Shown here: piece by piece, positions 28,537 through 38,203 of the stretch
Layout: each line of letters opens with the position of its first letter
Position numbering within the stretch: position 1 is the first letter of the stretch
Assembly (NCBI GenBank): GCA_964401115.1
Contig: CAYNXD010000052.1
Span: 14-64,013, forward strand
Source of the DNA: an uncultured Candidatus Poseidoniales archaeon
Lineage (GTDB): Archaea; Thermoplasmatota; Poseidoniia; Poseidoniales; Thalassarchaeaceae
DNA length: 64,000 nt
Direction: 5' to 3'
Position numbers and translations under genes: made by a program
The notes under the pieces: model-generated
The model's database searches: none
Seen by the model: only the letters and a program-made list of their open reading frames with translations
Told to the model about the DNA's origin: nothing

Positions 28537-30084
28537 TTATTGAGGATTTGGACCCCTACGTTCAGGAGAACCCATGTAGCCCACAGTATATTCAATCAAA
28601 CAACACCTAACTAAGTCAATTACCAAATCTATCTCATCGGAAGTTATACCAAAATGAGGTGTGAAACGTAGTGCATTCTTTCCTCCATGAATTACTCCTA
28701 ATCCATTCAATCTGCACCACTCTTCAACACAAACAAAGCCAAATTCATTCGCTGGAGCCACAACTGGTAGAGTTTTGGGGTCCAGTTCTATGCAGAGAAG
28801 TAAACCTGAACCCTGAACTAAAGTGATTTCATTAGGGAATTCTTTCTGTAATTTTTCAAGCTTTGAGAGAAATTCTTCACCTTTTCCAATAATGTTAGCA
28901 CGTAATTCAGGGGTTACCTTGCTGAGTACTTCTATTGCTGTTTCAAGCGCCCGAGGGTTAGTAGTCATGGTATTCCCATAAATTCCAACAACATACAATT
29001 CCGCAGCACGTTCTGATAATCCTACAACAGAAAGTGGATATTGTCCTGCATTGAGTGCTTTTGACCAAGTCTCTAAGTCAGGTACATCGGCGGATTGAAA
29101 TCCAGGATAATCAACAATTGAAAGGCACCCTTTACCACGAAACCCAGCCTGTATGGAATCAACTAACAGCATACTTCCATGTTCAGAAGTTAACCGTCTC
29201 GCTTCATCATAAAATGCTCGAGTTACAGATTGACCAGGAGACCCTTCCCCTTGTACTGGCTCTATGGCGACTAATTCAATGAAAAAGTTCTCTTCCTCTG
29301 CTCTTGAAAATGCCGACTGCAAATCTCCAACATTGTTGGGTTCAACGATAATGATGTTATCACGCTCACGGAAAGTTGCAAGATTATCTATGTATCCCTT
29401 TTTACAAGAATCTGAGATTGATGCTGGTCGTTGTGTTCTTCCATGAAATCCTTGCTTAAGCGCAATTATCTTTATCGGTTTTCCTTCATGACGGCCACCT
29501 GGACCAGTCATATTATTGGAATTTACATCAGCAATTCGCATACCTAATGTTACTGATTCAGATCCACTATTTACGCAAATGAATTTTGAAAAAGGGCAAG
29601 CACCGCGAGAATGGCCGACCTCCCTACGCAATGCATCTGCTAACTTTTTCTGGCTAAATGAAGCCGTCATCACATTTGCCATTACCCAATTTTTTGACAT
29701 TGCATTAATTACATTATCAGGACCATGTCCGCTTCCAAGCATCCCGTACCCTCCATTGTCGTGCAGAACTGCCCCGTGAGAAGTGATTATCCAAGGGCCA
29801 CGAGCAGCTATTGCAACATATGGATTAACGGTTGCAGCTGGATAGAAATTAATGAAATCAGATTGTAATGTTCGAATTAGTTCTGATTCATCCATCATTA
29901 ATAATTCAGGACCTAACTGCGCTGAATATTCTTTATGATTTTTTGATGCTTCTGAAATGGCGTCTACTAGATTCTGATCTGATGCTACAAAACGAGTGAT
30001 AACTACGTCCATTAAACCAATGGTTTGTCGTGGCCCTGAATTCATCCGAATTTCAAATAACAAATCCAACAACGGGTCTTGCAT
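28537..30084 (-). CDS. Class-III PLP aminotransferase (ornithine/acetylornithine/lysine-type)
   Basis: NSGSES, GFHGRT, IEPVQGEG, DSIQAG, WSKALNAG (PLP Lys), LRFTP. Confidence 0.88.
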   Translation of the reverse strand: MQDPLLDLLFEIRMNSGPRQTIGLMDVVITRFVASDQNLVDAISEASKNHKEYSAQLGPELLMMDESELIRTLQSDFINFYPAATVNPYVAIAARGPWIITSHGAVLHDNGGYGMLGSGHGPDNVINAMSKNWVMANVMTASFSQKKLADALRREVGHSRGACPFSKFICVNSGSESVTLGMRIADVNSNNMTGPGGRHEGKPIKIIALKQGFHGRTQRPASISDSCKKGYIDNLATFRERDNIIIVEPNNVGDLQSAFSRAEEENFFIELVAIEPVQGEGSPGQSVTRAFYDEARRLTSEHGSMLLVDSIQAGFRGKGCLSIVDYPGFQSADVPDLETWSKALNAGQYPLSVVGLSERAAELYVVGIYGNTMTTNPRALETAIEVLSKVTPELRANIIGKGEEFLSKLEKLQKEFPNEITLVQGSGLLLCIELDPKTLPVVAPANEFGFVCVEEWCRLNGLGVIHGGKNALRFTPHFGITSDEIDLVIDLVRCCLIEYTVGYMGSPERRGPNPQ

Positions 30085-30169
30085 ATCTTCGGGAGGAGGA
30101 ATACACTCATCAATTTATGCCGTAACTACGCCTGTATTTTTGTTTCCAAAACAAGGCCCTAATCACAGA

Positions 30170-30560
30170 ATAAATCAATTGAAAAATTAAATTTTCAATT
30201 GGAATATTATCATATCTATCTGTATATCAATCATCAATCCATAAAGATCTGATTGTTGAGTTAGCTGAATAATTCCAGCGAGAATATTTTAAGTTGTAAA
30301 ATAAGGATATATGAACAAATTGTAATCGAAAAAGATTGTTCGGCGAAATTCAAACTGTAATCTAAATATTATCCGTCATTCCAATTGAAATGTAATTACG
30401 GATAATCTGAGAAATTTAGATTTATATTGAAACATAATTCATATCTGGCGTTTGATTTCAATTGAAAAACGATTATTTTAGTAATTCCATATTTTTCACC
30501 ATGCAATTGAATAATCAGCGATTATCCGTCTTTTTCAATTGAACTTTAACACATTGAATT
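30170..30560. promoter_or_regulatory. AT-rich non-coding region with clustered CAATTG-centred palindromes; candidate replication origin or centromere-like site
   Basis: Largest intergenic gap in the window (~560 bp). CAATTG cores at 30176, 30196, 30382, 30459, 30504, 30536. TTCCAATTGAAA at 30379 (+) and 30193-30204 (-). ATTATCCGTC at 30368 and 30521, with inverted ACGGATAAT at 30398. Confidence 0.55.
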
Positions 30561-30641
30561 TTACATATAGTTAATATACTGACTTGTGACGTAGTCCGAT
30601 GACCGAGTTATGGGATGCACGGGAATAGAGAGGGATAAAAA

Positions 30642-31253
30642 ATGGCAGATGATTCATTCATGATACAAGAGTTACTACAGCGCGAGGTGTTCGTTAAACA
30701 AACGCGCGTAGGTGTGATAGTAGGGGAGAGATTTCACCCCAACGAAGAACGAGTACAATCTCTGAGGCTACAAGTAGATTCAGAAATAGCTGACGAGTTC
30801 ATGAGAAAACCGGCCGAATTTGCGCCTTTGTCAAAAGAACTCCTGCACAGTATTCAAGCTGATGGAACTATCAAATTATCAAAATCTATGCGTGAGTTGC
30901 AACGCAGGTGGCGCAACACTGTCAGAATAGATGAGAAGTTATACGCACCAGATGAGTTACTAGATCGGGCAGTACTCGACACCCAAGGAGAAGATCTTGG
31001 GGAGGTTGTTGGCTTGGTGAAAATTAAGAGGACTTATCGAGGGATTGAAGTCAAAGCAAGATCAATGCTCCGACGAAGATATCGTTTGGAAAATGAAACA
31101 ATCAATATTCCAGTTCAGTTTCTCGCGAGAACTAGCCCACGCCTTGATGAGATAATCCTCTCACGGACGTTTGAGAAGTTAATGGGGCTACCATCATACT
31201 TGAAATTAAATTCTGGTGAAATACTAGAAGATGATTTTGAAGAAGAAGAATGA
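30642..31253 (+). CDS. Tandem PRC-barrel domain protein
   Basis: Two repeats beginning IQELLQREVFVKQTRVGVIVG and PDELLDRAVLDTQGEDLGEVVGL, the latter matching the PRC-barrel pattern sELxgxxVxdxxGexlGxVxd. Confidence 0.65.
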   Translation: MADDSFMIQELLQREVFVKQTRVGVIVGERFHPNEERVQSLRLQVDSEIADEFMRKPAEFAPLSKELLHSIQADGTIKLSKSMRELQRRWRNTVRIDEKLYAPDELLDRAVLDTQGEDLGEVVGLVKIKRTYRGIEVKARSMLRRRYRLENETINIPVQFLARTSPRLDEIILSRTFEKLMGLPSYLKLNSGEILEDDFEEEE

Positions 31254-31305
31254 GACTCTCAATCGGAATCGTTTAATCCACCCCCTCGGTGGCGTTGCTC
31301 GCTCT

Positions 31306-31380
31306 GGGCGTGTAGCTTAGCTTGGTTGGAGCACCCGGCTGATAACCGGGGGGCCACCGGTTCAAATCCGGTCTCGCCCA
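31306..31380 (+). tRNA. tRNA-Ile(GAT), no intron, CCA not encoded
   Basis: Acceptor GGGCGTG/CTCGCCC; anticodon arm CCCGG-CTGATAA-CCGGG; T arm ACCGG-TTCAAAT-CCGGT. Confidence 0.95.
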
Positions 31381-31465
31381 CTTGAGTATATATCTCATAG
31401 TTCGAATGAATAAAAGATGAGCAAATCAAGCACCATGCATAGCAATTGACTCGTAAAAGACATGA

Positions 31466-32446
31466 ATGGGGTCTCTCTCCGACAGTACGGGGAGAAGACC
31501 GTTGCCAGTAGTATCAGGGAGTATTGATGGTGATTTGGCTACTTCACTAGCCAGGGAATTAGATTGGGACCACCATGCACTTGTTGCTAGGCGCTTTCCG
31601 GACTCTGAAGCATACGTCCGCGTCCCTGTAGATAGTATCGATGCTGTTAGATCAGAACCCGTGATTATAGTTGCTACCACATTCCCAGATGAAGGAATTG
31701 TAGAGGCCCTGTTGATGCTCGAAGCCATTCACGATGTTAGATCTGGTAATCTTCAGAATCTGAAAGGTGAAGGTCCCGAGAAACTTGATGATGTAGGCCC
31801 TGGAATTTTCCTCGCCATCCCTTACTTTGGATATAGCAGGCAAGATAAACGGTTTCAGAAAGGCGAAGTTGTGTCTGCATCACTCATTGTGAGATTACTA
31901 GCGCGCCATATTGACGGCTTAATTGTCTTAGATTTACATGCGCCTTCTGTTTTAGATGACCTAGAAAAACCTGTAGAATTCGTTAGTGCAATGCCAGAGG
32001 TTGCTGAACATTTGAAGTCAAATGTAAATCCTGATTTTATCCTCAGCCCAGATAAAGGCGCCATAGATAGAGCATCCCATGTAGCCAATTTAATTAATTG
32101 CAAATTCTCCTATTTGGAGAAAACAAGAATTGATGCGCATACAATTGAGCACAAACCTAAGGATTTGGATGTTAAGGGCGCAGTAGTAGCTATTGTTGAT
32201 GACATGATTAGCACAGGTGGAACAATCTGTAAGGCCAGTGATGCTTTACTAAGCCAAGGTGCGAAGGAAGTTCACGCTGCTTGTACGCACGGACTTTTCA
32301 CTGGTGGAGCGATTACTCGTCTTGACGAACATGTCAGCGGCGTCCATGCGACAGATTCTATCGCAAGTAACCCGCGCGCTCTGGTATCCTCTGCTCCTGC
32401 TCTTGCTAGAGGTGTCAAAAACCTCCTAAAGATGCTAAATCTTTGA
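31466..32446 (+). CDS. prs: Ribose-phosphate pyrophosphokinase
   Basis: RFPDSE, PYFGYSRQDK, DLH, SPDKGA, IVDDMISTGGT, CTHGLF. Confidence 0.95.
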   Translation: MGSLSDSTGRRPLPVVSGSIDGDLATSLARELDWDHHALVARRFPDSEAYVRVPVDSIDAVRSEPVIIVATTFPDEGIVEALLMLEAIHDVRSGNLQNLKGEGPEKLDDVGPGIFLAIPYFGYSRQDKRFQKGEVVSASLIVRLLARHIDGLIVLDLHAPSVLDDLEKPVEFVSAMPEVAEHLKSNVNPDFILSPDKGAIDRASHVANLINCKFSYLEKTRIDAHTIEHKPKDLDVKGAVVAIVDDMISTGGTICKASDALLSQGAKEVHAACTHGLFTGGAITRLDEHVSGVHATDSIASNPRALVSSAPALARGVKNLLKMLNL

Positions 32447-32504
32447 GTTCTGGGGCTTAATCGCTAGGTTAATCAATCCGGTGCGTTTATACAGACCACG
32501 CCCT

Positions 32505-32542
32505 CGCCGTGACACCTACAGGAGGATATAATCCTATGAGCG
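32505..32542 (+). promoter_or_regulatory. Putative kink-turn in the rpl7ae leader overlapping SD and start codon
   Basis: CGC-CGU-GA ... GA-GCG gives a C stem, 3-nt bulge ending in U and tandem G.A/A.G; the second GA uses the G of AUG; internal AGGAU/AUCCU hairpin overlaps GGAGG. Confidence 0.6.
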
Positions 32543-32916
32543 TACATGTTGATTTTGAGACACCTGCTGATGTGCAGGAGAAAGTCTATGAGTTTGTGAA
32601 AAAGATTGGAAAGGATGGAAGTGGTCGTTTCAAGAAAGGAATGAATGAGGTCATCAAGGTTTGTGAGCGAGGTGCTGCAAAACTAGTAGTGATGGCTGAA
32701 AATGTTAATCCTGGTGAGATGATGATGCCAATTCCTCTCATCTGTAAAGAGCGTGGGATTCCCTATATCTATGTGGAAGATCAAGGTTACCTTGGTGATG
32801 CTGCAGGATTACCAGAGGGAAGACCCACTTCCGCAATCGCCATCACCGAATTAGAGGGATCTGCTGATGATTTTAATGGCATATTGGAATCCGCAAATAA
32901 ACTAGCGGAAAACTGA
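32536..32916 (+). CDS. rpl7ae: 50S ribosomal protein L7Ae
   Basis: KKGMNEVIK, ERGAAKLVVMAENVNP, IPYIYV, LGDAAGL; ATG 32536 follows GGAGG. Confidence 0.93.
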   Translation: MSVHVDFETPADVQEKVYEFVKKIGKDGSGRFKKGMNEVIKVCERGAAKLVVMAENVNPGEMMMPIPLICKERGIPYIYVEDQGYLGDAAGLPEGRPTSAIAITELEGSADDFNGILESANKLAEN

Positions 32917-32927
32917 GGTGATTTGAA

Positions 32928-33143
32928 GTGACTGACGGTTGGCCAGCAGAGGTCGTTGAAATTGTCGGCCGCACAGGTATGACTGGTGAAGCCACACAGG
33001 TGAAGGTTCGTGTTAATGATGCCCCTAATCCTAGAGATGTTGGACGAATTATAACAAGAAATGTTCTCGGCCCAATTAGAATAGGTGACATCCTAATGTT
33101 GAAAGATACAGGCCGTGAAGCACGGAAGTTAGGGGGTCGCTGA
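32928..33143 (+). CDS. rps28e: 30S ribosomal protein S28e
   Basis: [37 protein letters not shown]. Confidence 0.96.
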   Translation: MTDGWPAEVVEIVGRTGMTGEATQVKVRVNDAPNPRDVGRIITRNVLGPIRIGDILMLKDTGREARKLGGR

Positions 33144-33144
33144 A

Positions 33145-33336
33145 ATGCCTGAGCGTAGAGTTTGTTCATTCAGTGGCGAGGAAATTGAGCCAGGTACTGG
33201 AATGATGTTTGTTCGAAAAGATGGTACTGTTCTTTGGTTTAAGAATAGTAAAGCACGCAAAAATATGGTAAATCTGAAGAGAAATGCACGCAAAGTAAAG
33301 TGGACTCGACACTATGTCAAGGGCGGCATTCAGTAA
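33145..33336 (+). CDS. rpl24e: 50S ribosomal protein L24e
   Basis: [27 protein letters not shown]. Confidence 0.96.
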   Translation: MPERRVCSFSGEEIEPGTGMMFVRKDGTVLWFKNSKARKNMVNLKRNARKVKWTRHYVKGGIQ

Positions 33337-33403
33337 TCATCTGAGTTTTATCGGAGCGTTTTGCTTAAACAGGAGTGGCTTCACGGCCGCTTCAGTGAGA
33401 TGC

Positions 33404-33850
33404 ATGCAGACGACTTTCGTAATGGTGAAACCTGATGGAGTTCAAAGAGGATTAGTTGGAGAAATCATAAACCGTTTTGAGGAGAAAGGTCTCCGTTTAG
33501 TTGGTTTGAAACAACTTATCCCATCACAGGAGCTGGCTGCTAGCCATTATTCCGTACATTCTGAACGTCCTTTTTATGATAGCCTACTAAAATTCATCAC
33601 ATCAGGCCCTGTTGTTGCTATGGCTTGGAGCGGCATTGATGCTATTGCTGTTGCAAGGAACATCATTGGGCCAACTAACGGCAGAGAGGCAAATCCTGGC
33701 ACCATCCGTGGAGATTATGCTATGGATATAGGCCATAACATAATTCATGGTAGTGATGCCGAGGAAACCGCTGAGTACGAACTAGGACTATGGTTTCCCG
33801 ATGGATTAGTTGAATGGATTCGTTCTTCAGAAGATTGGATTTACGAGTGA
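33404..33850 (+). CDS. ndk: Nucleoside diphosphate kinase
   Basis: [30 protein letters not shown]; start at ATG 33404. Confidence 0.96.
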   Translation: MQTTFVMVKPDGVQRGLVGEIINRFEEKGLRLVGLKQLIPSQELAASHYSVHSERPFYDSLLKFITSGPVVAMAWSGIDAIAVARNIIGPTNGREANPGTIRGDYAMDIGHNIIHGSDAEETAEYELGLWFPDGLVEWIRSSEDWIYE

Positions 33851-33899
33851 GAATCTATAAAATTTGAGAATTAGAATAATCAAGGAGAAGGTGGCATGC

Positions 33900-35705
33900 A
33901 TGACAGAACAGAGACAACCAATCGTAGCTGTTCTCGGACATGTTGACCACGGCAAAACTAGTCTGCTTGATCATATCCGCTCACTAGGCATCGAAAAACA
34001 GTCATCAATTATGGCTAGGGAAGCGGGCGGGATTACTCAACACATAGGAGCTACCGAAGTCCCAGCAGAAATTCTCAACCAACTATGTTCTCCATTAATG
34101 GGTGGCAAGAACTTCGATTCTCCTGGATTACTGTTTATAGACACCCCAGGCCACCATTCTTTCTCCACGTTAAGAACACGTGGAGGTTCATTAGCAGATA
34201 TTGCCATACTTGTGATTGATTTAATTGATGGATGCAAACCACAAACCCTTGAATCATTGCGAATCCTACGACAAGCTAAGACTCCTTTTGTTGTAGCTTG
34301 TAATAAGGTTGATAGAATCCATGGTTGGAAATCTGAAAATGGTCGTTCAATGGCAAAATCCATGAAGAGTCAAAGTAAAGATACTATTGCTCTTTTTGAA
34401 CAAAAATATTGGCAACTAGTAGGACAATTCGCTGAACATTCATTTAATTTGGAAAGATACGACCAAATTTCCGATTTTACGAAAAGCATCGCTATGGTTC
34501 CTTGCTCTGCAAAGGAAGGGGAGGGGGTTCAAGATTTACTGACTGTAACGATTGGGCTTGCCGAGAAATTTCTTGCTGAACAATTGGGGGATATTGGTGG
34601 TGAAGCCGAAGCAACTGTTTTAGAAATGAAAGAGGAGAGGGGTCTTGGAAAGACTCTAGACATTATCCTACATAGAGGGACCCTAAACAAAGGAGATGAA
34701 ATTGCTGTCGCCACACCAAATGGCCCTTTGGTTACTAGAATTAAAGGGATGTTCTCTCCGAGAGGTATGTCAGAAATGAGAGATGCTGGCGATAGATGGG
34801 ATTCTGTCGACTCTGTTACTGCTGCTGCTGGTTTAAAATTGAGCGCCCCTGATATAGAAGAAATACTTGCAGGAACTACCCTAAGAGGAATTGCTAATCA
34901 AGAAGAAAAAAATAGAATCGTGGCATTAACTGAGGAAGAATGCAATATTTCTATTGATCTGGATGAGGAAGGAGTCGCAATCAAGGCAGACACCTTGGGC
35001 GGCCTAGAGGCATTGGCATTTGAATTACGAAATATGAAGGACTCTACAGGAGAGTCAAGAGAAATTAACATTCGTTCAGCGACAATTGGGCATATCACTA
35101 GAAAGGATATCAGATCTGCAGCTGTTTCTGAAAACCCCTATGAAAGAATAATTTTGTCATTCAGTTCAGGCATACTTCCTGAAGCCCAATCAGAACTTGA
35201 AAAAGATGATTGTGAAGTAGTACATATTGGCTCTGACATCATCTACCATATTCTTGACGGATACGAAGAATGGATAGAAGACACAAAAAAGAAAATGGAA
35301 GAAGAAAGTCGAGAAAATGTCATTCATCCCGGAAGAATTTTGATTCTAGCAGACCATATTTTCCGGCGTTCTGGCCCAGCAGTTGTTGGAGTCAGGGTGC
35401 TAGGGGGCAGAGTTCAGGTTGGACAACGACTTCTAACCATTCAAGGCGAAAGGGCTGGAAGAATCAAGTCAATACGCGATGGCGATCATGTTTTGACCGA
35501 GGCAAAACAAGGGGACGAGTTGGCTATTGCAATTGAAGGTGTTACCATTGGGCGTGGTGTCGATGAAGAGGATGTGCTTTTAGTAGATGTACCAAAGTCT
35601 CATGTGAGAAAATTGCGAAAACTGAATATTTCTCCAATTGAAGAGGAAATACTAGGTGAAATAATCGCTATTCATCGTCGTGATGACCACTTTTGGGGAA
35701 GATAA
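33900..35705 (+). CDS. infB: Translation initiation factor aIF5B (IF-2)
   Basis: RQPIVAVLGHVDHGKT, GGITQHIGA, DTPGH, NKVD; in the conserved L7Ae-S28e-L24e-ndk-infB order. Confidence 0.96.
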   Translation: MTEQRQPIVAVLGHVDHGKTSLLDHIRSLGIEKQSSIMAREAGGITQHIGATEVPAEILNQLCSPLMGGKNFDSPGLLFIDTPGHHSFSTLRTRGGSLADIAILVIDLIDGCKPQTLESLRILRQAKTPFVVACNKVDRIHGWKSENGRSMAKSMKSQSKDTIALFEQKYWQLVGQFAEHSFNLERYDQISDFTKSIAMVPCSAKEGEGVQDLLTVTIGLAEKFLAEQLGDIGGEAEATVLEMKEERGLGKTLDIILHRGTLNKGDEIAVATPNGPLVTRIKGMFSPRGMSEMRDAGDRWDSVDSVTAAAGLKLSAPDIEEILAGTTLRGIANQEEKNRIVALTEEECNISIDLDEEGVAIKADTLGGLEALAFELRNMKDSTGESREINIRSATIGHITRKDIRSAAVSENPYERIILSFSSGILPEAQSELEKDDCEVVHIGSDIIYHILDGYEEWIEDTKKKMEEESRENVIHPGRILILADHIFRRSGPAVVGVRVLGGRVQVGQRLLTIQGERAGRIKSIRDGDHVLTEAKQGDELAIAIEGVTIGRGVDEEDVLLVDVPKSHVRKLRKLNISPIEEEILGEIIAIHRRDDHFWGR

Positions 35706-35789
35706 TGAGTGAATTATCTATGACTGATAAACCCCCAACCCTTTAGTATGAATCGGGTCGGTCGGCAACTGTAGAGCGGAGAGTTCACC

Positions 35790-36782
35790 ATGCAAACGAC
35801 AATGGGAGGGGACGGAAGGACTCGTGATTTGATTGCTACAGTCAGTGCAATTTCAAATGGTTTGATGAATGAAGTATCAAAAGTCATCATTGGAAAACAA
35901 GAAAATTTGAGGAAAGTAAGCATTGGAATTCTATCAAACGGAAACATGTTGCTGGAGGATTTCCCCGGTCTAGCAAAGACCCTGCTAGCCAACACTTTTG
36001 CTAGAGCGCTGGGGTGTAAATTCAAGCGTGTTCAATTTACCCCTGACTTGCTACCTTCCGATATTATGGGGACCTATATGTATGACCAAAAGGCTGGAGA
36101 ATTCAAACTTCGACCAGGACCTCTTTTCTCCAATATTCTACTTGCTGATGAAATAAATCGTGCTCCTCCAAAGACTCAAGCTGCTCTGCTTGAGGCTATG
36201 GAAGAAAAACAAGTTACAATTGAAGGTATTACTCACAAGTTACCGGCGCCGTTCGTGGTGCTTGCAACACAGAACCCAATTGAGCAAGAAGGTACCTATC
36301 CACTACCTGAAGCACAAATGGACCGATTCCTGATGAAGATGTCGATGGGGTATCCTGATCGCTCAGAAGAAAAGGCTATCCTTGCTCGAAGGAAGTTACG
36401 AGGGAAGGATGACCATGATGTGCAGCAAATTACATCGCCCAAGAAAGTAGTCGCTATGCAGAAGGCTCTAGAGACAGTACATATTGATCCAGCAATTCTT
36501 TCCTATATCGTTGAAGTCGTTCAGCGCACTCGTGAAGATCATAGAGTAATCACTGGAGCATCACCTCGTGCAAGCCAGTCATTGTTCAAGACTGGGCGAG
36601 CCTCAGCAGCAATTGATGGCCGAGATTATGTAATTCCAGATGACATTAAAGGTGTGGCTATACAGATTATCAGCCATAGAATTGTACTCAAGCCTGAAGC
36701 TAAGATACGAGGTATTACAGGAATGCACATTACTAGGAAAATCCTCTCAGAGGTACCTGTTCCAGTAATACAAACCGCTTGA
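35790..36782 (+). CDS. MoxR-family AAA+ ATPase
   Basis: EDFPGLAKT, RVQFTPDLLPSD, LADEINRAPPKTQAALLEAM, ATQNPIEQEGTYPLPEAQMDRF, GASPR. Confidence 0.94.
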   Translation: MQTTMGGDGRTRDLIATVSAISNGLMNEVSKVIIGKQENLRKVSIGILSNGNMLLEDFPGLAKTLLANTFARALGCKFKRVQFTPDLLPSDIMGTYMYDQKAGEFKLRPGPLFSNILLADEINRAPPKTQAALLEAMEEKQVTIEGITHKLPAPFVVLATQNPIEQEGTYPLPEAQMDRFLMKMSMGYPDRSEEKAILARRKLRGKDDHDVQQITSPKKVVAMQKALETVHIDPAILSYIVEVVQRTREDHRVITGASPRASQSLFKTGRASAAIDGRDYVIPDDIKGVAIQIISHRIVLKPEAKIRGITGMHITRKILSEVPVPVIQTA

Positions 36783-36882
36783 TTCCAACGGCGTTATAGC
36801 ACCGCTCATTGGAGCACAAATTATCGCGGTACTGATTAAGGTTCAAAGCAGAGGCGACATTCACGAGAGGTGGCGGACTGGT

Positions 36883-37887
36883 ATGGACCCGTACAAAATG
36901 GTAATTTCATGCACCAACCAAAAGGGTGGATGTGCAAAAACTACCACTGCAGTTAACGTGGCCACTGCATTGGCAGAAGGTGATCCCTCAAGGGGCATTG
37001 AACCTTCCAAAGTACTGCTGGTTGATCTGGATCCACAAGGGAGTGCATCAACCTCATTTGGAATAAACAAAAGCAAACTAGAACGTACCGTGTATGATTT
37101 ACTGATGAACGACCTAGGTGAAGAATTACCAATTATCAAAGATTATCTAATAGGGCCAGAAATAATTACAGATTCAATGAGAGAAACTTGGATGAAGGCA
37201 AATGATGGAAAGAAACTCTCTAAGGCAAGGAAAAAATCATTGAAAGTTGAAAACCTGTGGCTTCTACCATCAAACATCCAATTATCAGGGGCTGAAATCG
37301 AATTAGCTACCAGAATTGGACGAGAAACTAGATTGAAAGAAGGTCTAGCATCTGCAATAAACGAGTTCGACTATATCATTATCGACACACCTCCGAGTTT
37401 GGGGTTGCTGACTATCAACGCACTAGCTGCATCTAATTGGGTTATGATTCCAGTTCAGACCGAATGGTATGCATTGGAGGGGATGAGTCAATTGATTAAT
37501 TCAATAAAGTTGGTTCAGATGAGAATAAACCCTAATCTCAAATTATTCGGTATCGCTTTGACGATGTATCAGCTGAGGAATAATCTAAGCAAAATAGTTT
37601 CCAAAGAAGTACGTGGATCAGCTTTCCATAAGGAAGTCTTTAGCACCATGATCCCTAGAAATTCTGACATCGCAGAAGCACCAATGGAAGGTGCTCCGGT
37701 CGTTTTGTTAAAAAAAGGAAATAGAACAAATAAAGGATCTCAAGCCTATTGGTCATTAGCCAAAGAAGTTTCTGATAGAGTAAAGAAAATGAGACATAAG
37801 TATGGAGTTTATGAAAAAAATCATTTAAAAATCCACAAATTAAACCAATCTAACGAAGACGATGCTTTGTCCGAACAACTAGAATAA
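36883..37887 (+). CDS. parA: ParA/Soj-family ATPase
   Basis: NQKGGCAKTT (deviant Walker A), VDLDPQG, IIDTPPSLGLLTINAL, IPVQTEWYALEG, IPRN. Confidence 0.92.
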   Translation: MDPYKMVISCTNQKGGCAKTTTAVNVATALAEGDPSRGIEPSKVLLVDLDPQGSASTSFGINKSKLERTVYDLLMNDLGEELPIIKDYLIGPEIITDSMRETWMKANDGKKLSKARKKSLKVENLWLLPSNIQLSGAEIELATRIGRETRLKEGLASAINEFDYIIIDTPPSLGLLTINALAASNWVMIPVQTEWYALEGMSQLINSIKLVQMRINPNLKLFGIALTMYQLRNNLSKIVSKEVRGSAFHKEVFSTMIPRNSDIAEAPMEGAPVVLLKKGNRTNKGSQAYWSLAKEVSDRVKKMRHKYGVYEKNHLKIHKLNQSNEDDALSEQLE

Positions 37888-37960
37888 TCATACTAATGAG
37901 TTGTCAACTCACCGTCAAACTTCTATAGATGTCCTAAACCAACAGGGTTTAGGTGAGTTA

Positions 37961-38203
37961 ATGGGTTCTCCAGATATGACATCAGTTAGTGTGAGTTTTG
38001 AAGTACGAAGGCAGTTAAATTCTATGCGGGCATTAGAAAATTACCAAAGCGTAGATGATCTTCTTCAACATCTTTTGAAGACCTATAGATTGAATAAACT
38101 CAACAGAGACAGTGAATCTCTTCAGGATTCCTTGAAATCGTTAAATGACGTGGATGTTAATGTTCTAATCTCTAAACTCGACCTATCGCCCTTCAAGGAG
38201 TGA
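37961..38203 (+). CDS. Small putative ribbon-helix-helix DNA-binding protein with helical C-terminus
   Basis: MTSVSVSFEVRRQLNSMR...YQSVDDLLQHLL fits an alternating beta-strand + helix + SxDD-capped helix; ATG 37961 follows AGGTGA. Confidence 0.6.
   Translation: MGSPDMTSVSVSFEVRRQLNSMRALENYQSVDDLLQHLLKTYRLNKLNRDSESLQDSLKSLNDVDVNVLISKLDLSPFKE

Noticed and set aside
30170..30560. CRISPR array or DnaA-box reading of the repeats
   Set aside because: Repeats are short and irregularly spaced with no cas genes; TTATCCGTC differs from TTATCCACA at 3 of 9 positions and the organism is archaeal.
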